Shown: positions 1 through 9,454 of the stretch, piece after piece
Numbering within the stretch: position 1 is the stretch's first letter
How the letters are laid out: each line of letters opens with the position of its first letter
From: an uncultured virus (IMG/VR IMGVR_UViG_3300033074_000747)
Taxonomy: Duplodnaviria > Heunggongvirae > Uroviricota > Caudoviricetes
Virus record (IMG/VR): IMGVR_UViG_3300033074_000747
Reading direction: 5' to 3' (one strand)
DNA length: 64,000 nt
Notes under the pieces: generated by a model
What the model was told of the DNA's origin: nothing
The model's input: the letters and a program-made list of their open reading frames with translations, nothing else
The model's database searches: none
Program-made: the position numbers and the translations under genes

Positions 1-253
1 GGCAGAGGGATACCAGTAGAGGCTCCGATTCGGCCTGGCCGTCCCCCATGACGACTTCCTGACCGTCCTCGGTCTCGACCAGCCTCACCCCGCGCATTGA
101 GGCGGCTCGGTATTTCACGGCCCCTCCCTCGTCACATTCGCACAACAGGTAGCTCAGGCCTCTCCTCTTGACGGGAACCTCGATGGGGGCGACGTCGTCA
201 AACTCGATCGGTAGGTTGATGATCTCCAGATCGACTGCTGTGACAGATTCCAT
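1..253 (-). CDS. Partial ORF running off the window edge; probable tail assembly chaperone
   Basis: ATG at 253 opens MESVTAVDLEIINLPIEFDDVAPIEVPVKRGG..., which stays open to the window edge. It lies downstream of the tail tube gene. Function is from synteny only. Confidence 0.4.
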   Translation of the reverse strand, partial: MESVTAVDLEIINLPIEFDDVAPIEVPVKRRGLSYLLCECDEGGAVKYRAASMRGVRLVETEDGQEVVMGDGQAESEPLLVSLC

Positions 254-301
254 GGTAGTGCTCCAGGATCTCGGCGGGAAGGAGAAAGACCCCCTGCGTT
301 G

Positions 302-640
302 TCAAGCCTTCCCAGCCAATTCTGCATTGACGTCAAGCGGCCCGCCAACGAGGCGGAACTTGACCGCAGGGGGTGTATCAAGTAGGTCTACTGGATCGGA
401 GGGCCGAAGACCTTCCATCCGAGCAGGCCGATCAACACGAGTAGGATGACTGGGAACCCAATATAGGTATAGGGCCAGCTCACCCAGAACATTCCAAACC
501 CAAACAGGATCACCAGAACGAAGATGATCCAAAACCAGATACCTGCGGCCATCTCGCCACCTACCTTTCAATTGAGAGAATCGGTGCCAGTCAATGGGGA
601 TCGCAGGGCCACGAGGACTAAGTGCCAGACACGCTGGCAA
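302..640 (-). CDS. Hypothetical protein (start uncertain)
   Basis: Co-oriented ORF filling the gap between the tail tube and chaperone genes; no recognisable motif. Confidence 0.3.
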   Translation of the reverse strand: MPACLALSPRGPAIPIDWHRFSQLKGRWRDGRRYLVLDHLRSGDPVWVWNVLGELALYLYWVPSHPTRVDRPARMEGLRPSDPVDLLDTPPAVKFRLVGGPLDVNAELAGKA

Positions 641-1094
641 TCACCGGACCGGCCTCCACGTCATTGTCCGGGTCGTAGTTCGTTGGCGCGATGGTGAGGG
701 TTCCTTCGGGGAACTCGTTCTCCACCAGGTCACCGCTCTCGAAAGATCGCACCACGCCCCAGAAGCTCTCCGTCGATCCGTCGGGATAGGTGATCGTGAT
801 CGCCTGATTGTAGTTGAGAATCTCCAGGATCTGCGTCTTGCAGGCCGGATCGTAGGCGCAGGTCACCGTGAACTCGCCGGTGTCGAGCAGCGATCCGGGG
901 GACTTGGTGCGCCACAGGTCGTTCCACTGGGTAGTGATGTCAATGAGGTCCGGCCCCTCGTAAGCCGGGGTGCCGACACTCTTCTCCCAGATGGAGATGT
1001 CGGGGTCACGGCTCAGACCGATCAAGGCCCGGTAGCCGTTCTTCAGCATGATCCCAACTGGGTCTAACCGGGTCACTACGCTTGCACTGGCCAT
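618..1094 (-). CDS. Major tail tube protein (siphovirus type)
   Basis: 158 aa with IDITT...PGSLLDTGEFTVTCAYDP...ITITYPDGSTESFWG, a pattern typical of tail tube proteins; follows the neck genes. Confidence 0.75.
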   Translation of the reverse strand: MASASVVTRLDPVGIMLKNGYRALIGLSRDPDISIWEKSVGTPAYEGPDLIDITTQWNDLWRTKSPGSLLDTGEFTVTCAYDPACKTQILEILNYNQAITITYPDGSTESFWGVVRSFESGDLVENEFPEGTLTIAPTNYDPDNDVEAGPVIASVSGT

Positions 1095-1131
1095 ATTCGT
1101 TTGTCCTCGTTCTTCGTCGGTTGGCTGGGGT

Positions 1132-1590
1132 TTATGCTTGTCGGTCTATCGAGGCCACCGCATTGACGGTGAAGATATTGCGCTTGCTGGCCGGGGTCTC
1201 CTTGTTGAGGTCCATCACGTCGCCGATGCCCGATACCGCATGGATGAAGTAGGTCACCCCATCGATCTCCACGTACTCCTGGTAGCACCCTTCGGCCAGC
1301 GTCGTGGCGATCTCGTCGGCCTTGGCGTATCCATCCGAGGGGGACTGTGATCTCACCCTCACCTGGAATCCGTAGTAGCCCAGGTACGCTCCGCTGATCA
1401 TCACCCGGCCACCGCTCCGACCTCCTGCGGTACCGTAGACGGTGATGACGTCGTCGGGGGTCGGTGGCTCCCGGCGGTAGTACACCGGCCATGCGCCCCC
1501 CTCTCCCGCGAGGGTTCCCAGACCCAGACCCACCAGCAGGCGGGCAATGATCTGAGCATGGTGGTGGGACAGGCTGGTCAACGGCATCAC
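1132..1590 (-). CDS. Tail terminator / neck ('minor capsid') protein
   Basis: EPPTPDDVITVYGT...GFQVRVRS...YAKADEI...FTVN pattern; lies directly upstream of the tail tube gene. Confidence 0.65.
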   Translation of the reverse strand: MMPLTSLSHHHAQIIARLLVGLGLGTLAGEGGAWPVYYRREPPTPDDVITVYGTAGGRSGGRVMISGAYLGYYGFQVRVRSQSPSDGYAKADEIATTLAEGCYQEYVEIDGVTYFIHAVSGIGDVMDLNKETPASKRNIFTVNAVASIDRQA

Positions 1591-1937
1591 TCGATCTCCG
1601 TGAAGGCGCTGGCCCGCAGAACCCCGGTATCGACAGGAACCAGCTCCTGGCTCAATCGCTGGAGCAAGAGTCCTCCCATCAGCAGGGATCTTTCCATGTC
1701 GCCGGTCTTCTGGTAGGTCTTTCGCACCGTGGCGGCCAGCTTGTCGGCGTGCTCCCGTGCAGGCTGCTCCAGGTACTTGGCCTGTCCGACCGGGTGGTGA
1801 GCCTCCAGGTTCTCATGGACGTAGACCGCATAGTTGGCGGTGTACCCGACGACGACGCTGCGGCTCGCCTGCGCGGCCTCGCGCGCTCGCGCCCGTAGCT
1901 TCTGTACCAGTCGATTGAGTCCGTCTACCTTGGCCAT
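1587..1937 (-). CDS. HK97 gp10-like neck/tail-completion protein
   Basis: Likely start MAKVDGLNRL at 1937; motifs VGYTANYAVYVHE, GQAKYLEQPA and VPVDTGVLRAS. Confidence 0.7.
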   Translation of the reverse strand: MAKVDGLNRLVQKLRARAREAAQASRSVVVGYTANYAVYVHENLEAHHPVGQAKYLEQPAREHADKLAATVRKTYQKTGDMERSLLMGGLLLQRLSQELVPVDTGVLRASAFTEIE

Positions 1938-2047
1938 CAGGCCCACCTCCGTCCGCCGATGTACAGCCCGCCGCAGATCCAGTACAGAAATCAGACCGCT
2001 AGCAAGAACAGGGCAACCAGGAGGGCTGTGCCGAGAGCTTCCCGCAT
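1937..2047 (-). pseudogene. Small hydrophobic peptide ORF with an internal TGA
   Basis: GGAGG RBS, then MREALGTALLVALFLLAV*FLYWICGGLYIGGRRWA*. The final TGA overlaps the next ATG. Confidence 0.25.
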
Positions 2048-2050
2048 GAC

Positions 2051-2449
2051 CTATCCTCCGCTTGGGGGTACGTCCATCCTCTTCTTCAGTCCCACTGTCC
2101 GACTGGTGCATCGCCCCTTGACATCCTGAGCCCAGTTGAAGGTCACCACGTCCATGACCTCGTCGTCCTCGCCGCCGCTTCCGGTCCCGCTCCACTGCTC
2201 CACGGCCGAGTAGAGGTTGCTGGGGGCCTTCCACATGCTCGATCCAATCGCCACGTCCTGGTCAATTGCCACGGTGGCGTCCACGGCGATCCGGGTTCCG
2301 TCGGGGGCCAGGGCATCGGAGCGGCCGTACTTCCAGGCCACCCGTACATCCTCTGGCGTTCCCACGGTCGGTTCACCGTCCTCCCCGTAGCCGGAGAGGG
2401 GCCACAGTACAGCCCGATGGACCTTGGCGACGTACTCAGGAGCAGGCAT
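2051..2449 (-). CDS. Head-closure (stopper) protein
   Basis: Synteny between adaptor and neck genes; GYGEDGEPTVGTPEDVRVAW beta-rich pattern. Confidence 0.5.
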   Translation of the reverse strand: MPAPEYVAKVHRAVLWPLSGYGEDGEPTVGTPEDVRVAWKYGRSDALAPDGTRIAVDATVAIDQDVAIGSSMWKAPSNLYSAVEQWSGTGSGGEDDEVMDVVTFNWAQDVKGRCTSRTVGLKKRMDVPPSGG

Positions 2450-2742
2450 CAGTCCCCCGCCGACTCGGTCGGTATCTTGGTCCGCCACTTATCGTTGTGA
2501 AGCGTAGTAGTATCAATCATCCCAGATTGACTCTTCTTGGTATCGCTCCCGCGCAGGGTGAGATCATATTGGGCTAATTCGTCAAACGGCAATCGTATGA
2601 TAATGTCCTTGATGGGTTGGGTCAGATCGATTCCTAATCGCTCGGCGAACGCCTGGAACTCCGGCCAACGAAACACGTCCCAGGATCGGGCGGGGGTCGC
2701 ATACTTCGGATTCATCTTCATTTCGGAATCTGGATTAGTCAA
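2449..2742 (-). CDS. Hypothetical protein
   Basis: Overlaps the neighbouring genes at both ends, consistent with translational coupling. Confidence 0.45.
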   Translation of the reverse strand: MTNPDSEMKMNPKYATPARSWDVFRWPEFQAFAERLGIDLTQPIKDIIIRLPFDELAQYDLTLRGSDTKKSQSGMIDTTTLHNDKWRTKIPTESAGD

Positions 2743-3187
2743 GGTTCCTCTCCTGGTAGGTGGTTCGGTCTCGATAGGGTGTACCGCCCCAGATCAGGCG
2801 GGCGGTCTTTCGGGTAGCCACGGCACGGAGGCATCCCGTGAAGTCAATCGCCATCGCCGCCTGGCCGTACTTGCTGTTCTCCAGGTGCATTCCCGTCTGG
2901 CCCTGGAATGATCCAGAGGACCCGACCCCGTTGCTCTTGGAGGACAGGGCCTGGTCTCGCTGGACGTAGAAGTGCGCTGCCAGCCACCGCTCCAGCATCT
3001 CGGCTTCGTCGGTATCGAGGCTGGCCCCCTTCCGAGTAGCGCAGGCGATCACCCTGGTCACCAGCAGGTTGGCCGTCTCGATGAACACAGTCAGGTCGGT
3101 CTCTCCGTCGTAGTCTCCCTCTCCGCGTGTATGCGTGAGGGAGTCGCCGAGCAGGTCAATCACCTGAGTTGAAGTCGTTCTGGCCAT
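2735..3187 (-). CDS. Head-tail adaptor (DUF4054-like)
   Basis: LERWLAAHF...LENSKYGQAA resembles the 'L.aH....l..T.YGq' adaptor signature. Confidence 0.6.
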   Translation of the reverse strand: MARTTSTQVIDLLGDSLTHTRGEGDYDGETDLTVFIETANLLVTRVIACATRKGASLDTDEAEMLERWLAAHFYVQRDQALSSKSNGVGSSGSFQGQTGMHLENSKYGQAAMAIDFTGCLRAVATRKTARLIWGGTPYRDRTTYQERNLD

Positions 3188-3315
3188 TTCCTCTTCCTCC
3201 AGTGCGGTCCCCGCCGCAGGTCAACCGAAGTCTACTGCGACGGGGCACAGCACTACCTGCCCGTCAAGGCAGTTGCGTCTATGTCGAAGCGGCAGACCGC
3301 CGCGTTGCCTTATCG

Positions 3316-3756
3316 TCAGCCCCCTCCGGAGCAGGCCCCACCGAATCCGCTGCTCCCAAAGGACGAGCCGAACGCGGGTTGGTACACCTGGTACGCTTGA
3401 ACCATAGGTTGGTATATCTGTATCGCTGGTTGCTCAAAGCGGACCCAACGGCCGGAGCGGTGGATCCACCAGCTGCCTGCTGCCTGGCACCACCACTCCC
3501 CACGATGCTTGACGGGAACGGCCCGGCATCCCCTCGCTACGGCCGGAGGATCACAGCGGCACACCGAACACTCGCAGCTTCCGGTGACGTCGCAGAAACA
3601 CTTCGCAGGTGGAGCTTGGGTTGGCCGAGGGGCATTGTTCGCTCCCTCGATCCGGAAGGTGAAGGACAGTAGCAGGACGACTCCGATGATCAGGGCGACG
3701 GTCGAACTGGTCAAGTCTCGCATCGTCAGTTCCTTTCTTGGAATAAACCGGGCCAC
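3316..3756 (-). CDS. Cys-rich membrane or exported protein
   Basis: Hydrophobic N-terminal segment VALIIGVVLLLSF; CFCDVTGSCECSVCRC cluster; Gly-rich tail. Confidence 0.5.
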   Translation of the reverse strand: MARFIPRKELTMRDLTSSTVALIIGVVLLLSFTFRIEGANNAPRPTQAPPAKCFCDVTGSCECSVCRCDPPAVARGCRAVPVKHRGEWWCQAAGSWWIHRSGRWVRFEQPAIQIYQPMVQAYQVYQPAFGSSFGSSGFGGACSGGG

Positions 3757-3811
3757 CTCGGTGATGAGATGACCCGGCCGGTCGCGAAGGCAGCTTCGCG
3801 GGTTGGACTGG

Positions 3812-4084
3812 TTACTCCTCGCAGGAGTCGAGGATCATGTAGGCATGCTCAGCGGCGCACCCCAGGTGGCACAGGATCGCCTCGGCGCAGGATCGGTGGC
3901 AGCAGTGGCCGTCCCCCTCATCATGGGACTTTGCGGCCACTGTCGGTGGGAACAGCTGGTTGAGCAGGTCGCGAAAGAACTTGATGAACGCCATGAAGTC
4001 GAAGGCCCCTACCTGGGCTGCCTTGAACTCCTCCCACTTCTGGTCGCAGGTCTTCTGCTGCTCGGCGGTCAACTTCTTTGGCAT
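3812..4084 (-). CDS. Small Cys/His-rich hypothetical protein
   Basis: GAGAGGA RBS; amphipathic helix followed by HCCHRSC...CHLGC. Confidence 0.5.
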   Translation of the reverse strand: MPKKLTAEQQKTCDQKWEEFKAAQVGAFDFMAFIKFFRDLLNQLFPPTVAAKSHDEGDGHCCHRSCAEAILCHLGCAAEHAYMILDSCEE

Positions 4085-4162
4085 TGTCTTTTCTCCTCTT
4101 CGGGTTGGGGGCGAGGTTGGGTCAGGTAGCTATTGGGTGAATGCTCGTTAGTTGATCTATCA

Positions 4163-5086
4163 CTAGGCGGCGGAGGCCAGCATGGCTCTCGGGGCGACCC
4201 CGCCGTTCATCACGGCCTTGTCGCCGGTGAGGACTCCCATGCCGCCCTCGCTCCAGCTGTCACCCCAGCTGTTCCAGATGCGGATGCCGAGGCCGGTCAT
4301 GACCGTGTCGACTCCCCACACCAGGTTGAACTGCTTGAGGTCGAGTAGCTTGCCAGACTCCGACCGGGTGACGCCCCACTGGCTGACCCCGCTCACCACG
4401 TCAGCTCCACATACGGAGTGGCCCCACCAGTTGAAGTCCATCACCACAGGGATGCCGGTCAGCAGGCAGGTGATGCACTGATCCACGGTCAGGTTGCGGT
4501 TGTACTGGGCCGCGTTGAGATCCCACCAGCCCTCGGAGACACGATAGAGCTTGGCGTTGGCCCGGCACTCCGGCGTGTCGTTCGATCGGCTGACGGACTT
4601 CTGCGGCCAGAACTTGGAGTCGGGCAGACCGTGCTCTCGGATCCAGTCGATACCTTGAGCCCCCCATCCGCCCTCGTCCCGATAATTCTTGATGATGCAC
4701 GCGCCCATGTAGGCGCTCAGGTCTGCGTAGGGTTGGTTGTCTCTCGCTCGGATCAGCAGTGCCGCCGAGCACCCCGAGTGGATCCAGCAGTATCCCCGGC
4801 CGTTCTGGTCGCGAGAGGGTATCCTCAAACCGTTCATGCCAGTGTCCCGTCGGTCGGACAGGCGGCTCTTGGTCGCCAGCTGCTGGGCGATCCGCTCGGC
4901 CACCTCGCTGCGGTTAACCAGGGGCATGTCGATGGCCTGCGAACCCTCGTAGGAGTTCATCGGGTTCTTGGTGTAGTCGCGGGGGACGAGGCCGCGCTTT
5001 CGCTCCTCTCCGTCGATGACCGGGTCCTGCACGAACTGCTGCCAGTTGTGGTCGCCGATGATCAATTCTCGGTCAGATCGCATCAT
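4163..5086 (-). CDS. Papain-like cysteine peptidase (C1 family)
   Basis: RDQNGRGYCW (Gln and catalytic Cys), WWGHSV (His) and IWNSWG (Asn). Confidence 0.8.
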   Translation of the reverse strand: MMRSDRELIIGDHNWQQFVQDPVIDGEERKRGLVPRDYTKNPMNSYEGSQAIDMPLVNRSEVAERIAQQLATKSRLSDRRDTGMNGLRIPSRDQNGRGYCWIHSGCSAALLIRARDNQPYADLSAYMGACIIKNYRDEGGWGAQGIDWIREHGLPDSKFWPQKSVSRSNDTPECRANAKLYRVSEGWWDLNAAQYNRNLTVDQCITCLLTGIPVVMDFNWWGHSVCGADVVSGVSQWGVTRSESGKLLDLKQFNLVWGVDTVMTGLGIRIWNSWGDSWSEGGMGVLTGDKAVMNGGVAPRAMLASAA

Positions 5087-5907
5087 CTCTTCACCGCCTT
5101 TCCGATGTACTTGCCGAACTCGGTCTGCGCTGCCTCCACGGTAGCGGGCAGCGGCCCCTTGGTGACGATCTTGCCCTGCTCGTCAGCGATGACGTAGCTG
5201 GGGGTCGGAGGGGCTGCGGCCAGAATGCCCTTCCACACCGGGTCGATGTTGCTTACGTCAGTGTCCTTGTCGAGAATGTACCAGCGGTAGCTCTTGGCGC
5301 TCTTGGGTGGCAGCTTGCCGTTGAGCCAGGTCCGGATGGAGGCCCCCTGGAGGATAGCTAGCTGGGGCAGCGGGTACTTGGCCACGTCCGCCGTCTCGAA
5401 CACCATCAGCAGGTGGGTTCCGGTCCCGGGGGTCGGGCCTGGCGGGTCCGGTGGCTTGGGCGGGTCCGGTGGAGTAGGTACGTCCCCCACGGCCAAGGTT
5501 ATGGAGCCGAACAGCTGCTCAACCTTCTTGGCATCAAAGTCGACCTTGATCGTCTGGATGCCGATGGTCAGGTCGCCCTTGGGTGCGAAGATCACGTCCA
5601 GGACCGGACCTCTGGGCACCGCCTGCACCGAGGATGGGTAGGTCCACATGTAGACGTTATAGCCCGGCGGAGCGTTGACCGTGAATGGCAGCTTGCGGAC
5701 CACCGTCACTGTCTCGCCGGTGATCGTGAGCGGGACGTCGCTGGAGAGCAGCTGGATCTTCTTGGGGGCAGCCTTGGCCGCCGGTGGTTGGACTGCGTGG
5801 AGCGGCGGGCCTGGGGAAGCTACCAGGTTCATCAGGACGATCGCTGCCGGCAGCAGGGTAAGGATCGCCGCCATCGCTATGGCTCGAAGTCTATTACTGG
5901 GATGCAT
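5083..5907 (-). CDS. Membrane-anchored or exported protein with a Pro-rich linker
   Basis: N-terminal TM or signal segment; PTPPDPPKPPDPPGPTP linker; coupled to the peptidase gene. Confidence 0.6.
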   Translation of the reverse strand: MHPSNRLRAIAMAAILTLLPAAIVLMNLVASPGPPLHAVQPPAAKAAPKKIQLLSSDVPLTITGETVTVVRKLPFTVNAPPGYNVYMWTYPSSVQAVPRGPVLDVIFAPKGDLTIGIQTIKVDFDAKKVEQLFGSITLAVGDVPTPPDPPKPPDPPGPTPGTGTHLLMVFETADVAKYPLPQLAILQGASIRTWLNGKLPPKSAKSYRWYILDKDTDVSNIDPVWKGILAAAPPTPSYVIADEQGKIVTKGPLPATVEAAQTEFGKYIGKAVKR

Positions 5908-5942
5908 TGATGTGATCTCCTCTCGGGGTAGTGCGGTCTGGT

Positions 5943-6479
5943 TCAGGTCGGTCGGTCTATCTTCACTGTCTTCCTTCCTGGGCTAGAGTCGGCCAGCTTC
6001 GTCTCGGCCACGCTGTCCTCGATCTGGGTGATGGTGCGGTTGATGCTCTCGTTGATCTGCTTGAGGTCCTGGTCCACGACGGAGAACAGCTGCACCCGGT
6101 GCCGGTGTCGGGCTATCGCTCGGCTGATGGCGTCGAGCACGCACTGTGGCGACAGGTTGCCCTTCCAGATGAACTCCTGCGCGCCTGACTCCAGGATCTC
6201 CTCGTCGTCGAAGTAGAACCCCGTTATGACGACCAGCGGTATCGTCGGGAACCTGGTGGTGAACTCCCTCACCAGTGACAGGCCGAACCCGTTGGGCAGG
6301 CCGAGGTCGAGCAGCACGGCATCGACCTTGTTCTTGGCCAGGTAGCTCTTGCCCTCCGCCGCTGTCGTCACCCTCTCTACCCGGTAGACGTAACTTAGCT
6401 CTCGAACGATGTACTTGGCCACCAGGTCGTCATCCTCGATCACCAGGACCGAGGGCGGCTCCTTCCCAGCCTCCAGTAT
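5943..6479 (-). CDS. Response-regulator receiver (REC) domain protein with a C-terminal coiled coil; start unclear
   Basis: VLVIEDD, VLLDLGLPNGFG (phosphoacceptor Asp), VVITG and GAQEFIWK. The frame is open to 6971 but overlaps the upstream gene. Confidence 0.75.
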   Translation of the reverse strand: MLEAGKEPPSVLVIEDDDLVAKYIVRELSYVYRVERVTTAAEGKSYLAKNKVDAVLLDLGLPNGFGLSLVREFTTRFPTIPLVVITGFYFDDEEILESGAQEFIWKGNLSPQCVLDAISRAIARHRHRVQLFSVVDQDLKQINESINRTITQIEDSVAETKLADSSPGRKTVKIDRPT

Positions 6480-6481
6480 TC

Positions 6482-6955
6482 CTACGAGCCTGGAGGACTG
6501 CAGTGGTCGGAGTGCCCGGCTGGGTCTGGCAGCGCTATCGGCAAGGGGGTCTGGTCCGTGGACGGCTGGATCTTCCCCCCTAGCCTCTCCTCCGCCATGT
6601 TCAGTCGGGCCGTCAGCCGAACATTGGCCATCTCCATCTCGACCATCTTCATTCTTGCCTCGTCCAGGGCGATCGCGACCCGGGTCAGCCGAGTCTTCAT
6701 GCTCATCGCCTCCTGCTTGAGGTCTTCCATCTGCCGAACCTGGTAGCTGGTCAGCTCCTCGATCTGCTTCAGGTGGTGCTTCTGCTTGGTCTCGATGATC
6801 ATCTCGTACTCGGCCCGGAGCTGGTCGATGCCAGTCTGCCTTCGAGTGGCCATCAGCTTTGCCAGGTTGGCCATCGCTCTCGTGGCCTTGGGGCTGGCGA
6901 GCAGCCCGATCAAGGCGGTGGCTATCGACATGATCACGGCCAACCAGGTATCCAC
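6482..6955 (-). CDS. N-terminal TM plus coiled-coil protein (holin/spanin-like candidate)
   Basis: WLAVIMSIATALIGLL TM segment followed by a long heptad-rich helix. Confidence 0.5.
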   Translation of the reverse strand: MDTWLAVIMSIATALIGLLASPKATRAMANLAKLMATRRQTGIDQLRAEYEMIIETKQKHHLKQIEELTSYQVRQMEDLKQEAMSMKTRLTRVAIALDEARMKMVEMEMANVRLTARLNMAEERLGGKIQPSTDQTPLPIALPDPAGHSDHCSPPGS

Positions 6956-7039
6956 TCCGTAAACCTCCCATCTCTTGGCTCCTGTCGAGATTCGATGTCG
7001 TGTAGAGGGTGTACCAAGTCGATAACTTCGTGCGGCAGC

Positions 7040-7480
7040 TTAGGACAGCGCCTCTTCGATCATCTTGAGCACGTCCTCCTTGGACTTGGCACCCTTCAGG
7101 TCGATCTCCAGGTCCTCGGCCAGACCCTTGAGCTCGTTCAGCGTCTTGCCCTTCAGCTCGTCGGCAGTGACCGGCGGAGGTGCGTCAGCGTGTGCGGATC
7201 TGGCGTTGGCGGCTGCCGCCGTCGTTGCCGCCGGTGGGTTGGCGACTGCCTGGGACGCAGCCCCCTTCATCGCGTCGATCCCCCTCTGGGCGTGAGAGGC
7301 CGCGGTGTTCGCCGGTTGGTTGAGCACCTTACCCTGGGACGCCTCGGGCAGCGTGTCGGGCAGCCGCATGTACTTCTCCGGCCACCGAGCTAGGTTTTTC
7401 TCTGTCTCGATCACGTCGCCTGGTCCATAACTCTTGCCGCCCTCGCAGTAGACCCCTGCCAGTTGTCGGTACTTCGCCAT
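7040..7480 (-). CDS. Capsid-associated protein with a C-terminal HeH / Rho-N-like domain
   Basis: LKGKTLNELKGLAEDLEIDLKGAKSKEDVL; directly follows the major capsid gene. Confidence 0.55.
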   Translation of the reverse strand: MAKYRQLAGVYCEGGKSYGPGDVIETEKNLARWPEKYMRLPDTLPEASQGKVLNQPANTAASHAQRGIDAMKGAASQAVANPPAATTAAAANARSAHADAPPPVTADELKGKTLNELKGLAEDLEIDLKGAKSKEDVLKMIEEALS

Positions 7481-7559
7481 ATGTAGTGCTCCAGTCAAGG
7501 TAAGAGAAAACCGCAGGAGCCGGGTAGATGTCCAATGCGTTGACCCCTGCGGCCGGAGG

Positions 7560-8813
7560 TTAAGAGGTCGTGGCGACCAGGATGCCCGTACGGCCGTTGT
7601 AGTCGGCCCGGAGGTTCGGCACCTGGATGCACATGACCTTGAAGTTGTGACGCAGACCGCCGATGGACGGCCACTGCACGGTGGTGATCGCCATGCCGTT
7701 GATGGCGCGGGCCACCTCGCTGTTCCCCAGCTCGACGAAGATCATCGTGAAGGGGTTGCTCGACGCGGTGAGGAAGTCAAGCCGCTTGATGTCCTTGATG
7801 CCCTTGACGTCCATGAGGCGGCTCCGCAGGGTGCGGCTTGGTGCCACCGCTCCGCTCGTTGTGAGCAGGTAGTGGTCGTCGTCCAGGTAGCGGTCCCAGT
7901 CGGTGGAGTGATAGATCATCACGTCACCGTAGTGGAAGTTGTCGAACAGCAACTCGCGGCAGGCCAGCACCTCACTCACCGTCGTCGAGGGAGACCAGGC
8001 ACCTGCCGTCGGAGCGGTGATGTCAGTCTTCGTGATCCGGTGCGGGAAGTTCAAGTAGCCATACACGCTGCTGGCATTGCTCGTGCCGGTGTAGGTGCCG
8101 GCCGTGGTGTCATGAGCCGTCACGCCGGTGCTGACGTCACCGAAGTTGAAGGCGGTGTCGAGGCCGATGGTCATCCGCTCGATCTTCTCCGCCACCCGGC
8201 GACCTGCCGCCTCGGCCATCGTGGTGTCCAGAGGGGTGTCCCCATTCCGGCTGATCTGGAGGCGGCGCTCCGCGAACCAGAAGTCAGAGTGGGTGATCGG
8301 CAGAGGCAGCGAGCGGAGTCGGAACATCGGAGAGTCGGTGCGTGCCGGAGACATGCCGTCCATGTCCACGACGGCCTCCCCCGGATCGCTCATTGACTCA
8401 TACTCAAACGTCATCCGGCTCATGGCGTTGAAGCCGCCGACCGAGGACGAGGACTCCAGGTCGCCCCAGGCCACGAGCCGCTGGCGAGACGCCTTGACGA
8501 CGGCCTTGTCCAACTCGATCCACTGCTCCTTGCGGAGGGCGGATGCGTTGGCGGTGAGGAAGATCGGGTCGATGTGACCCTTCATCATCAGGTGGGCCAC
8601 CGGCACGCGCTCCCGCACGGGTCGACGCACCCCCTTCTCGACGGTGTAGCGACCATTCTGATTCACGGTGACGCAGGGCATCCCGGCGTAGCGGCCGCGC
8701 TCGGCGATGTAGGGGCGGCGCATGTAGGGGTCGAATCCCTGCTCCATTGCCCCCACGATCCCGCCGCTGTAGTCGCTCCCCCGGACGGGGACGTAGTTGT
8801 CAAGCAAAGGCAT
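7560..8813 (-). CDS. Major capsid protein (HK97 fold, encapsulin/linocin-like)
   Basis: LRKEQWIELDKAV, PLPITHSDF, LDTTMAEAAGRRVAEKIE, VYGYLNFP and the C-terminal FKVMCIQVPNLRAD; follows the scaffold and decoration genes. Confidence 0.85.
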   Translation of the reverse strand: MPLLDNYVPVRGSDYSGGIVGAMEQGFDPYMRRPYIAERGRYAGMPCVTVNQNGRYTVEKGVRRPVRERVPVAHLMMKGHIDPIFLTANASALRKEQWIELDKAVVKASRQRLVAWGDLESSSSVGGFNAMSRMTFEYESMSDPGEAVVDMDGMSPARTDSPMFRLRSLPLPITHSDFWFAERRLQISRNGDTPLDTTMAEAAGRRVAEKIERMTIGLDTAFNFGDVSTGVTAHDTTAGTYTGTSNASSVYGYLNFPHRITKTDITAPTAGAWSPSTTVSEVLACRELLFDNFHYGDVMIYHSTDWDRYLDDDHYLLTTSGAVAPSRTLRSRLMDVKGIKDIKRLDFLTASSNPFTMIFVELGNSEVARAINGMAITTVQWPSIGGLRHNFKVMCIQVPNLRADYNGRTGILVATTS

Positions 8814-8883
8814 CTTCGTTGATCTCCAAGTATTTTTCGTGCTGGGATTCGATGTTTTGCAGTACGAGGGCGAGGGGTTGAAA

Positions 8884-9393
8884 CTAGTACCCGGTGTACT
8901 TCACGTGGGTCAGGTTGTCGGCGGTGAGGTCGGTGAGGGTCTCCAGGCAGATGAACGGTTCGGATTCCGGAGTGCTCGCGCTGATCAGCAACTTGCCGGT
9001 CCCGTCGTCCACGATCAGCTTGTCACCGATCGCGAAGTCGTCCGCCGTGCCGGACTGGTTCTCGATGATCATGTTCAGCTCTTCGCCCGGAACCGGGAAG
9101 TAGAGTATCTCGCGAGTGCCGCTGGTTCGGGCGTCATCATTGGTCAGACCCCGCTCGGCCCCAATCAGGTTGGTGAGAACCGCAATCGGTAAACGAACGC
9201 CGTCGCCCGACATACCCTGGACTCCGGAAGCAGCGGTCGTTCCCGCTGGCTCGTAGGTGAACCGACCGTTGACTGCTGCCGTTCCGTGCTTGAACTCCAT
9301 CACCGTGCCCGGCTTGGGAGTCCCGCTAACGATCACCTCCTCGAAGTGACCCTTGGGATCGGCGGTCACTACGATTTCATTTCCTCTGGCCAT
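8884..9393 (-). CDS. Capsid decoration/cement protein
   Basis: 169-aa beta-rich protein between scaffold and MCP; PKPGTV and FAIGDKLIVDDGTGKL. Confidence 0.6.
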   Translation of the reverse strand: MARGNEIVVTADPKGHFEEVIVSGTPKPGTVMEFKHGTAAVNGRFTYEPAGTTAASGVQGMSGDGVRLPIAVLTNLIGAERGLTNDDARTSGTREILYFPVPGEELNMIIENQSGTADDFAIGDKLIVDDGTGKLLISASTPESEPFICLETLTDLTADNLTHVKYTGY

Positions 9394-9454
9394 TTATCAG
9401 GTCTCCAGATTACGATTCTGTAGGCTGGGTGGATGTTCGGTAAGGGGAGGCCGA

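Noticed and set aside
1938..2234. N-terminal extension of the 1587..2234 ORF
   Set aside because: It overlaps the head-closure gene and looks non-coding; the real start is probably the ATG at 1937. Similar over-extensions were trimmed for the ORFs listed as 18681..19340, 35842..38295, 40321..41112, 55125..55766 and 58614..59417.
7560..8813. Encapsulin nanocompartment
   Set aside because: The context (portal, terminase, protease, scaffold, neck, tail) shows it is the phage major capsid protein.
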